DNA of 15,042 nucleotides from an uncultured archaeon. GTDB lineage: Archaea; Asgardarchaeota; Thorarchaeia; Thorarchaeales; CAZPUN01. Numbering within the stretch: the first letter of the stretch is position 1; each line of letters starts with the position of its first letter. Where the stretch lies: NCBI GenBank assembly GCA_964589775.1, contig CAZPUN010000028.1:1-15042 (forward strand). Reading direction: 5' to 3'. The notes under the pieces are model-generated. The model had not been told where the DNA came from and ran no database searches. It saw nothing but the letters and a program-made list of their open reading frames with translations. Both the position numbers and the translations under genes were made by a program. Positions 1 through 7,603 of the stretch are shown piece after piece.

Positions 1-1
1 T

Positions 2-268
2 CAGAGGACAGATATTAAACACGTATATCGGCAATTTGAGTCTGTCGGTAGTATGTTTAAGGGATATGAGCCGATATATATAATTGTAGCACCAAAAGTT
101 CAAGAATCAATTTTTGAAATGATTGAGGAGATCACCACAGAGAATACCAAGAAGCATAGAATCTATTTCATAACTGGAGAATCGTTGCAGAAGATTTTAG
201 GCGACTCGGTTTTTGAAATGTTCGAAGAGTTCCGTACCCTCGCCACAAAAAATAGAGAACTGTTATAA
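2..268 (+). CDS. 5'-truncated CDS, C-terminal part; possibly a restriction-endonuclease-like (PD-(D/E)xK) fold tail as found on archaeal ATPase-nuclease proteins
   Basis: The frame is open from base 2 (QRTDIKHVYRQFESVGSMFKGYEPIYIIVAPKV...HRIYFITGESLQKIL...), so ATG53 is probably internal. The helix/strand 'YIIVAP'/helix/strand 'IYFITGE' pattern resembles the end of Mrr/DUF234-like domains. Catalytic residues would lie outside the window. Confidence 0.5.
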   Translation, partial: QRTDIKHVYRQFESVGSMFKGYEPIYIIVAPKVQESIFEMIEEITTENTKKHRIYFITGESLQKILGDSVFEMFEEFRTLATKNRELL

Positions 269-287
269 TTGAGGCTCAGAAGATCCA

Positions 288-302
288 TAATAAAAAAAGA
301 GG
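288..302 (-). terminator. T-tract terminator of the P-type ATPase gene
   Basis: The minus strand reads CTCTTTTTTTATTAT immediately after the stop at 306, in a short convergent intergenic gap. Confidence 0.45.
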
Positions 303-305
303 GAT

Positions 306-3275
306 TTAGAAGAATTCGCCTTTCTTCAACAGTCTGATTTTGTATGCTTCTAATAAGCCAATTGGAACAGCAGCGGCTGCAAAACATATTAATAAGTCCG
401 TAAACGAAAGGCGAATTACTTCGAGATTGATTCCTGTGTATTGTATTAGTAAGTATTGATATTCGGGGTTAAACATTAAGAGAAAGTGCGCGAATGGTAT
501 CAATAAGACCATAAGCCAGACAAACCAGAAGTTGTCCTCTTTAAGTGATTTTGTAAGTGGCTTATTTATTCTTCTAATGGACAGAACAAGTGTAATTTCA
601 ACAAGGAAGATAACCGTATGGAGCATAGTTCTTGCCTTAGCTTGCTCCCAATTCATGGGTTTAAATCGGTTCGTATCTGAGTACCATTCAAGTGGAATGA
701 AGCCTTGGAAGTTTTCAGAATTTAACGGAATTATTCCATAATATGAACCGAAATAGACGAAATATAATACGAGTGCAAAGGAAACTGCAAACAACCCAAG
801 AGCTTTCCACAAGTACTTATTAAATATAGCTTCTGTATCACGCGGTTTCTCTTTCATGACGCCTTTATCTATTCGGTCGAAAACTATTCCCAGAGGTGGT
901 AACGAATGAGCGGTCATAAATATATAGATCTGCTGCCATGTGTCTAACAGATAAAATCCGGGAATAAATGAACTACCAAAATAAACAAGAGCTTCCGCCA
1001 GATTTACAGCAATGTAGAAGAATATCATGACACGAATTTTTTGGAACAGGCCACGACCTTCTCGAACGCCAACTACAATTGAATTAAACGAATCGTCAGC
1101 TATGACAATATCAGATGCCTGCTTAGCGACATCTGTTCCAGTAATACCCATTGCAATACCTACATCCGCCATTGATAGTGCCAGAGCGTCATTAACACCA
1201 TCACCAGTCATAGCAACAACTCGCTCTTTCTTTTGATAGCGGTCTACAATAACGCTTTTGTGATCTGGCGAGACTCGTGCAAAAACACGCACCTTTTCAA
1301 AATTCTCATCGTCCAGATAAGGAATCTGTCTGCCTTCAACGGCAATACTATTCTCATCAGCAATATCAACTTGGCGAGCGATACTTAGAGCAGTTTCTGG
1401 GCTATCTCCAGTTATCATTACTGGTGTAATACCTGCGTTTTTTGCTTCACGTACTGAATCACGAACACCTTCTCTAGGCGGATCCATGATCGCAACCATA
1501 CCGAGATAGACCAAATTCTGTTCAATAAATTTGCGTTCATTATCATCTCTAGGTGGTAAATCACGCATTTTTCGATATGCCAATGAAATAACACGATAGC
1601 CCATACTGGAGAATTCAGCAGCTTTCTTAAGAATTCGATCTCTATATTCTTGATTGATTGGAACAGCATTTTCCATTTTATCTACGGAAACATAGCTACA
1701 TAATGGAACCATAACTTCAGTAGCACCTTTTGTAAAAACGTAATAGATATCACCTTTCTTGTAAATTTTGGACATTCTCTTTATATTCGAATCAAATGGA
1801 AATTCACGAACAAGTTCATATTCTCGTTTAATCTCAAGTTCATCTAATCCTGATTTTCTAAATAATGTTAGAATTGAAGCATCAGTAGCATCACCAATCG
1901 CCTTATATAAAGTCTGGCCTCTTGGACCTGAGGGATCTTCTACTATTTCACTATCATTATTAAGCAAGCCACAGATTAAAAGCCCAGTGAGTGTTGAATC
2001 CTTTTCCGGTGGCTTTAAAATTGAGCCTTGAATCTTGTTATCAGGTCCCTCTTTTATAATAGTGTCCGTTATGCTATTTTGATTTGGTAGATATATATCA
2101 CCTTTGGGTTCGAATCCGGTACCTGTAACCGCATATAATTGCTCACCACCTGCTGCTGGCGTACAGATCCATTTGACTGTCATTTGGTTTTTAGTTATGG
2201 TTCCAGTTTTATCTGATGCAATTATTGAAATTCGTCCGAGACTTTCAACGGCATTCAAGTTTCTCACAATAACTTTATGTTTTGCCATTGCGAGAACGCC
2301 TGTAAGAAGTACAATTGTAGTCAGGAGTGGAATGTTAATTGGCATAATACTCATACCAGTGACTAAACTTCCAACAAGCTCCGCGATAAACACATCGACA
2401 TTCAATACGCCGCCTATGAATAATTGACCAATTCTCCATAAATAGTAGGTACGATATAAAATTGAGGCAACAAGATATATTACAACACCAATTCCGAGAT
2501 ATTTAGCAAGCTTATTAACCTTCTGTCGTAGAGGAATCTCACCTGTATTTAATTCCTGCAGCTTGCCTGATATTTTACCCATTTCTGTGTTGGCACCAGT
2601 ATGAACAACTACGACTCGTGCTGAACCCGTAGCAACATACGTACCATAAAACACCATATTCGTACGCTGAGATATGGGTGTATCCGGAGGTTTCGCTTCA
2701 CCAATCTCATCTTTCTTTACAGTCTCAGATTCTCCAGTCAAAGACGCTTCATTAACGCTCAAGTTTGCAGACTTGATGATTCTGGCATCTGCAGATACTT
2801 TATCGCCTTCAGATAGCTCAACGATATCTCCCGGGACCAATGCTGTCGTATCAATCTCCTGGAGCTGCCCATTTCGTATTACACGAGATTTAGGAGCGCT
2901 AAGACTTTCAAGAGCTTCCAACTTGGATTGTGCTCGTACTTGCTGAAAGATCGCAATAAAAGCATTTACCGCAATTACAGCTAACCATTGCGTAACCTGA
3001 CCCCACACACTCGGCTGCCACATTGCAAGAATAATTAGAATAGCACAGACTATTAGGTATATATTAATCAACCAGTTTAATAATGGTGCAATGTAGACCT
3101 TGAAAATGCTGCCTTTTACTTTTGGCAACTTATTAGGGCCATATTCTTTCTGACGCCGTATGGCTTCCTCATTATTAAGTCCATTTTCCGGGTCAGTTTT
3201 TAATCTAGAAATAATTTCCTCTAATGGAAGTGTATAAACTTCCTCTTCCCTGATTAAAGCATGTTCGTTCGTCAA
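306..3275 (-). CDS. P-type ATPase, P2 (SERCA/PacL-like) architecture, with a non-canonical transmembrane transport site
   Basis: 989 aa. Motifs: YGPNKLP, LVPGDIV, LTGES (A domain), DKTGTIT (phospho-Asp355), FPFDSNIKRMS, KGATE, DPPR, MITGD, VFARVSP, TGDGVNDALAL. About 10 TM segments. TTG start with GAGG 8 nt upstream. Confidence 0.96.
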   Translation of the reverse strand: MTNEHALIREEEVYTLPLEEIISRLKTDPENGLNNEEAIRRQKEYGPNKLPKVKGSIFKVYIAPLLNWLINIYLIVCAILIILAMWQPSVWGQVTQWLAVIAVNAFIAIFQQVRAQSKLEALESLSAPKSRVIRNGQLQEIDTTALVPGDIVELSEGDKVSADARIIKSANLSVNEASLTGESETVKKDEIGEAKPPDTPISQRTNMVFYGTYVATGSARVVVVHTGANTEMGKISGKLQELNTGEIPLRQKVNKLAKYLGIGVVIYLVASILYRTYYLWRIGQLFIGGVLNVDVFIAELVGSLVTGMSIMPINIPLLTTIVLLTGVLAMAKHKVIVRNLNAVESLGRISIIASDKTGTITKNQMTVKWICTPAAGGEQLYAVTGTGFEPKGDIYLPNQNSITDTIIKEGPDNKIQGSILKPPEKDSTLTGLLICGLLNNDSEIVEDPSGPRGQTLYKAIGDATDASILTLFRKSGLDELEIKREYELVREFPFDSNIKRMSKIYKKGDIYYVFTKGATEVMVPLCSYVSVDKMENAVPINQEYRDRILKKAAEFSSMGYRVISLAYRKMRDLPPRDDNERKFIEQNLVYLGMVAIMDPPREGVRDSVREAKNAGITPVMITGDSPETALSIARQVDIADENSIAVEGRQIPYLDDENFEKVRVFARVSPDHKSVIVDRYQKKERVVAMTGDGVNDALALSMADVGIAMGITGTDVAKQASDIVIADDSFNSIVVGVREGRGLFQKIRVMIFFYIAVNLAEALVYFGSSFIPGFYLLDTWQQIYIFMTAHSLPPLGIVFDRIDKGVMKEKPRDTEAIFNKYLWKALGLFAVSFALVLYFVYFGSYYGIIPLNSENFQGFIPLEWYSDTNRFKPMNWEQAKARTMLHTVIFLVEITLVLSIRRINKPLTKSLKEDNFWFVWLMVLLIPFAHFLLMFNPEYQYLLIQYTGINLEVIRLSFTDLLICFAAAAVPIGLLEAYKIRLLKKGEFF

Positions 3276-3451
3276 TTGGTCTGCCTCAATTAAGTCATAC
3301 CTACATTGTAACTGTTCGTCATACCTTCCCTTTAAAGATTTGGGAGATAATTAAAAAATATTGTGTAAAAATGATATATATAGATTTCTAAGATATTTAG
3401 ATTTTTATTACTTTAATACTTTTATGTATGAATTTACCCTTTATTTTTTGC

Positions 3452-3469
3452 TGTAAATAATAATTCACA
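3452..3469. promoter_or_regulatory. Imperfect palindrome TGTAAA-N6-TTCACA, candidate transcription-factor site
   Basis: One mismatch from the perfect TGTAAA-N6-TTTACA site at 7513-7530. Lies in the intergenic region upstream of the ATPase. Confidence 0.25.
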
Positions 3470-3533
3470 ATTTATTATGATATTTGTTTATTTTTTCACT
3501 AAATTTTCTTGAATATTATTTAAAATTTTCTAT

Positions 3534-3550
3534 AAAAAAGAAAGAAAAAG
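3534..3550 (-). terminator. T-rich terminator after the MFS gene
   Basis: The minus strand reads CTTTTTCTTTCTTTTTT about 14-30 nt after the stop at 3564. Confidence 0.5.
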
Positions 3551-3563
3551 TGAATTTATATTA

Positions 3564-4922
3564 TTATGATACAACGGGCAAATCGTCTTCAAGGTGTATT
3601 TCGATCTTACCGATATCTTCCGGTGCCTTTACGGGTATAAGAATCAACATTGCTAAAACGAAGAATATTGTAAGTGTTAATATTGCCATTCTTTGTCCTG
3701 CTAGAAGCGAAACTACACCGAAAACAAATGGTCCGAGAATTGCAGCAAACTTGCCTGTGAGTGCATAGAATCCGAACATTTCGCTCTTCTTTTCTTCAGG
3801 AATATAACCTGAGAACATTGCTCGTGCTGTCGATTGAGAGCTGCCCATTCCGACTCCCGCAAGCATTGCAACATAGAAGAATGTCATCTTATCGTATGAT
3901 AGATATCCACCGATACAAACTACAATCCAGATCATTAATGTAATAATGAGTGTCTTTTTCGTTCCTATGTGATCAGCGATATATCCGAAGGTAAATGCAC
4001 CTGGAATTGCTGCAAATTGCGTTACGACAAATAGAATCAAAACCTCCATGGTATTATATGCCAAAGTTGTAGTAGCGAAAATAGCCGCAAAGTAGATTAC
4101 GGTTGTAATTGCATCACTGAACAGAAAATACGCAAGTAGGAACTTAGGCAGGCTTGGAAACTTCTTCATTAATCTAAATGAACGGCGAACTCTTGCGAAT
4201 CCAATAGATACGTAACTCTTGCCTTCTTCTTCTGGTCTTTTCTTTGGTGGTCTGGATTTTAAAAGCATAATTGCCGGAACTCCAAATACCAAGAAGAATA
4301 ATGCCGATGAAACAAAAGCTAATCGCACTCCAAAATCGCCGTAGGTGCTCGCAGGAAACATGATTGTGATTATCATTGCTATAATGACTGAGATCATGGC
4401 ACCAACATACCCAAATGCAAAGCCCCAACCACTGATTTTTCCTGTATTTTCAGGAGTGGATATTTCGGGCAGCCATGCATTGTAAAATGGAAGTGCACCT
4501 TGAAATCCAATGTTTGCAATTATAAATAGAATTGCACCCCATATATATGCAGGGATTCCAAATATGTTCAGACTCGGCGTTACAAAATATAATAGCGCCG
4601 TGAATATAATACACAAGAATGTGTAAAACCAGACAAAAGCCTTCTTTTTACCAGAATAATCGGCAATCGCACCAAGTATCGGGGATGTTAATGCAATTAT
4701 AAGCATTGTAATACTACCTGCTAATCCCCAGATATAGTCTCCAAAGTTAGGAATACCGGTCAAAGAATTTGCCATGTCTTTCAAATAAACAGAATATAGG
4801 GCGGTAACTATAATTACCGAAAATGATGTATTCGCAAAATCGTACAACATCCAGCCAAAAACCTCTTTGCGGTCCGGCTTCAGACTCTCATCTTCGACAA
4901 TTTTTTCCTCCGTCTCACTCAT
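3564..4922 (-). CDS. MFS transporter, UMF1 / vacuole effluxer Atg22-like family
   Basis: 452 aa, about 12 TMs. Family motifs WMLYDFANTSF, SPILGAIAD, FYNAWLP, GKISGWGFAFGYVG, FLFSDAITT, QSTARAMFS, EMFGFYALTGKFAAILGP. GGTG SD upstream of the ATG. Confidence 0.92.
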   Translation of the reverse strand: MSETEEKIVEDESLKPDRKEVFGWMLYDFANTSFSVIIVTALYSVYLKDMANSLTGIPNFGDYIWGLAGSITMLIIALTSPILGAIADYSGKKKAFVWFYTFLCIIFTALLYFVTPSLNIFGIPAYIWGAILFIIANIGFQGALPFYNAWLPEISTPENTGKISGWGFAFGYVGAMISVIIAMIITIMFPASTYGDFGVRLAFVSSALFFLVFGVPAIMLLKSRPPKKRPEEEGKSYVSIGFARVRRSFRLMKKFPSLPKFLLAYFLFSDAITTVIYFAAIFATTTLAYNTMEVLILFVVTQFAAIPGAFTFGYIADHIGTKKTLIITLMIWIVVCIGGYLSYDKMTFFYVAMLAGVGMGSSQSTARAMFSGYIPEEKKSEMFGFYALTGKFAAILGPFVFGVVSLLAGQRMAILTLTIFFVLAMLILIPVKAPEDIGKIEIHLEDDLPVVS

Positions 4923-5186
4923 CTTATTTCAGCACCATCAATTTTTGGGATTAATAAGCTATTAATAACTCCTTAAAAACTATTTCGTATATTTTTTATG
5001 AAAAATTTTTATGAATTATTCATATACTATTATTTTTTTATAATAATTCTAACGAATTCCTTTGTGCTTTCCTAGAAGTAATTGTCTAATTATGAACCAT
5101 TAAGCGAATTTAATAAAATAATACATATACCCAACCAATAATTATAAAAAATCTAAATGGCGTGTGGAACCACGGAGCTGATGGCT

Positions 5187-5579
5187 ATGAATATTAAATT
5201 TGAAAAAGAAACATATGAGCTAAATTTCATAGTTAAAAATGAAGATTCAGCAGCATTTCTGGGTAGTGGCGATGTAGGAGTATTATCAACACCTGCAATG
5301 ATAAACATGATGGAAAATACAGCACGCATTTTCACACAGGAATATCTTACAGGCGAATGGACAACAGTTGGCACTCAAGTCTGTATTAAGCACCTGAGAC
5401 CTGCCCCGATCGGAGCAAAAATCCGAGTTGTTGCAAAGATTCTTGAAGTAGATGGTAAGCGTCTCAATTTCCATGTCGAAGCATATTGGAATGATAAACT
5501 CTTAGGCGAAGGAACACACGAACGATACATCGTTGATAAGGTCAAGTTTCTTGAAAAATTGAAGCAACAAATCTCATAA
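5187..5579 (+). CDS. Hot-dog fold thioesterase, fluoroacetyl-CoA thioesterase (FlK) family
   Basis: SAAFLGSG-x-VLSTPAMINMMEN, TTVGTQVCIKHLRPAPIG and GEGTHERYIV carry the FlK Thr/Glu/His triad. Start placed at ATG5187 from GGAG spacing; ATG5181 and ATG5157 are alternatives. Confidence 0.9.
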   Translation: MNIKFEKETYELNFIVKNEDSAAFLGSGDVGVLSTPAMINMMENTARIFTQEYLTGEWTTVGTQVCIKHLRPAPIGAKIRVVAKILEVDGKRLNFHVEAYWNDKLLGEGTHERYIVDKVKFLEKLKQQIS

Positions 5580-5608
5580 AATATAAAATCAAATATATGT
5601 AATTTGCC

Positions 5609-5637
5609 TTCTATTTTCATTTCTATTTTTCATTTCT
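5609..5637 (+). terminator. T-rich terminator built from an imperfect tandem repeat (TTCTATTTT[T]CAT)x2
   Basis: ttctattttcat-ttctatttttcat-ttct, 30 nt downstream of the thioesterase stop. Confidence 0.4.
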
Positions 5638-5707
5638 CAAACACGTATGAAATATCTAAATTCGAGTGTACAATTCAGACGTAGCATTATTTGATGAGCC
5701 CATAGGA

Positions 5708-5838
5708 CTATGGAACTACTTTTAAAATTCTAACGTTTGTACTTCCACATTTTGGGCATTGTGGACTATAGGATCGTTTGCATCCATATCGAAAACATGA
5801 CCACAAGTATTACACTTAAAAATAATATATCCCGGCAT
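5708..5838 (-). pseudogene. Small CxxC...CxxC zinc-ribbon protein (about 43 aa; FmdB/HypA-C-terminal-like) interrupted by a one-base frameshift
   Basis: SD GGTGA, then ATG5838: MPGYIIFKCNTCGHVFDMDANDP. After one missing base near 5768-5772 the -1 frame gives SPQCPKCGSTNVRILKVVP* (TAG at 5708). The span is 131 nt, i.e. 44 codons minus 1 nt. Confidence 0.8.
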
Positions 5839-6040
5839 ATGTATCACCACCCACTAACTCCAATATCTTTTGTCTATGTTATCATTGTTGTGAATATACT
5901 ATACTATTATAGAAGGAAATTAATAATTTTTCTTTCATAAAATGTATATCGAAATATAAATCTCAATTGAAGAAACACATGAACAATACACATTATAAAC
6001 TAAGTTTCTCGAAAAATCGAAGTAAAAATCGCATAATGAT

Positions 6041-6649
6041 CTAAATAAAATACGTAATCTGTCTTCCTTTTGTTTTCTTGCCGATCTTTCCACTATCGAA
6101 CAGTTCCTTTAGGAGTTTTGATGCCATACTCTTTGATATGTTTAAACGTTCTGCCAATTGGTTTATCTGTATCTCTTTCATCTCAAGAATTATCAAAGCA
6201 ATCTTACGAAGATTCTCAGGCAATTCCACAAGAGAGATTGCATCCAATGGTTCTTGCGGATTAATTATCTCTTCTTTTTCACCAATTGGTATTAGGCGGT
6301 CAAGTTCCTTGCTAAAATCATCGAAATGTTTAGGGCGGTCTTTATTATCATCAAGTTCAGTAGCATATTTGCTCAAGAATTTAATTGCAATTGTATCCAA
6401 AAGATTGTCTTCAACATCTTCTGCGTTATCCGAAATAGTTACTACGAGAATAGATTCAAAATCTGCAATCTTTAAAATCAGATTATGCGAATCAATAGAT
6501 TTAACGCCTTTGCCTGTGGTCTCATGACTGAACGAATTAATTGCAGTTATAAAGCTGCTAACCAGAATCGGATCTGAAAGAGATGGATCAAAGTTTTTCA
6601 TAAATATTGGAACCCCGCTGTCTTGAAGTATATAAACTGCCCGTATCAA
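6041..6649 (-). CDS. Longin-like domain fused to a C-terminal winged helix-turn-helix (putative transcriptional regulator)
   Basis: The N-terminal about 120 aa has a longin pattern (IRAVYILQDSGVPIFMKNF..DPILVSSFITAINSFSHET..VKSI..ILVVTIS..IAIKFLSKY..FDDFSKELDRLI). The C-terminus is MarR/TrmB-like wHTH (LPENLRKIALIIL..INQLAERLNISKSMASKLLKELFDSGKIGKKTKGRQITYF). TTG start 6 nt after the MinD stop, with SD AGGAG. Confidence 0.8.
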   Translation of the reverse strand: MIRAVYILQDSGVPIFMKNFDPSLSDPILVSSFITAINSFSHETTGKGVKSIDSHNLILKIADFESILVVTISDNAEDVEDNLLDTIAIKFLSKYATELDDNKDRPKHFDDFSKELDRLIPIGEKEEIINPQEPLDAISLVELPENLRKIALIILEMKEIQINQLAERLNISKSMASKLLKELFDSGKIGKKTKGRQITYFI

Positions 6650-6655
6650 CGTGAA

Positions 6656-7450
6656 TTACTCCTTTTCAATTTTTGCTGCTAGCTCCTTAATCTTATCTGT
6701 AGTCTTTTTTACTTCTTGAACAAAAGGCAATTCCGGCTGGGTAATTGCAAAAATCTCACTACCCATACCCAATGGAACAGTACAATAACACGGGATAAAT
6801 CCAATAATCTCGGAACGGTCTTTGAATGTTTCATCAATGATCTGCATCATGTTTGAGTAATTGGGCTCTTGGAATAGTGGCATTACAACTTTATTAAATA
6901 GAATATATGTTTTTTTATCAAGTGTCTTATATAGATCATCAATTATCTTTACAATTCCGTCGAAATCAAAATTGTCTACTTTTGATACAAGTATAGTGAA
7001 ATCTGAAATGACAATTGCGTTTACACTTCCATAGTGGATTCCCGGAGCCGAATCTAATATCAAATAGTCGATGTTACGAGATTCAAGTTCCTTTTTCAAT
7101 ACAAGCAATTGAGAGAGTGCCTTCATCTGCCACTTGCGGTCCTTCGATAACTGTTCTCGAATAACTCCAACATTCGGATTTGAAAAACTGATTAATAATT
7201 TCGACTTTAGGCCTAGTGTAGGTGCTACGTTAATCAAAATATCTGAAACCTTTGCCTTGTTATCTATATAATCGTTCAAGTATGCTTTATTATCGCTGAT
7301 TCCAAATAGAGTATGCAAACTAGGTGCTGTAAAGTCCATGTCTAGCAATGCTACGTTATGGCCTGCTTGCGCTAATATCACTGCGATGTTTGCAGCTAAT
7401 GTGGTTTTTCCAGTTCCTCCCTTATAACTATGAAATGTGATGCTTTTCAT
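6656..7450 (-). CDS. MinD/ParA-family (SIMIBI) ATPase
   Basis: Deviant Walker A HSYKGGTGKTT, LLDMDFTAPSLHTLFG, Walker B YLILDSAPG, ILFNKV, IGFIP. ATG7450 preferred; GTG7459 is an alternative. Confidence 0.92.
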   Translation of the reverse strand: MKSITFHSYKGGTGKTTLAANIAVILAQAGHNVALLDMDFTAPSLHTLFGISDNKAYLNDYIDNKAKVSDILINVAPTLGLKSKLLISFSNPNVGVIREQLSKDRKWQMKALSQLLVLKKELESRNIDYLILDSAPGIHYGSVNAIVISDFTILVSKVDNFDFDGIVKIIDDLYKTLDKKTYILFNKVVMPLFQEPNYSNMMQIIDETFKDRSEIIGFIPCYCTVPLGMGSEIFAITQPELPFVQEVKKTTDKIKELAAKIEKE

Positions 7451-7481
7451 GAAGACCACTCGCTATTCTATTTTATTTATC

Positions 7482-7489
7482 TTTATATA
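7482..7489 (-). promoter_or_regulatory. Putative TATA box of the minD-longin/wHTH operon
   Basis: The minus strand reads TATATAAA, 32-39 nt upstream of ATG7450. Confidence 0.4.
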
Positions 7490-7508
7490 CGCTCTAGTCT
7501 AAAAACTC

Positions 7509-7543
7509 TTTTTGTAAAGTATAATTTACACAAATTACAAAAA
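7509..7543. promoter_or_regulatory. Nested inverted repeats: TGTAAA-N6-TTTACA (7513-7530) and TTTTTGTAA-N17-TTACAAAAA (7509-7543); candidate operator
   Basis: Directly visible, just upstream of the putative TATA box of the minD operon. Confidence 0.4.
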
Positions 7544-7603
7544 ATATAGATAAAAAAATCAATTAAAAAATGCAGGGTTTGCCGAAAATTATTGAAATAT
7601 GAT

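Noticed and set aside
163-2946. Short ORFs overlapping or antisense to the P-type ATPase (163-387, 532-741, 1027-1236, 1418-1669, 1768-2031, 2104-2427, 2674-2946)
   Set aside because: Shadow ORFs of a well-supported gene, with no motifs or SD.
3484-5620. ORFs 3484-3768, 3761-3943, 4174-4428, 5153-5374, 5286-5474, 5375-5620
   Set aside because: Antisense or out-of-frame shadows of the MFS and thioesterase genes.
5691-5740. TGATGA resembling a C box of a C/D sRNA
   Set aside because: No D box (CTGA) at a suitable distance, and it overlaps the 3' end of the zinc-ribbon gene.
5737-5940. 67-aa plus-strand ORF
   Set aside because: Antisense to the zinc-ribbon gene, which has an SD and CxxC motifs. 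It has no features of its own.
6656-7450. Calling the ATPase a true minD, parA or Mrp/NBP35 ortholog
   Set aside because: No MinC, MinE or ParB partner, no membrane-targeting tail, and no Mrp CxxC motif (only IPCYC). Family-level call only.
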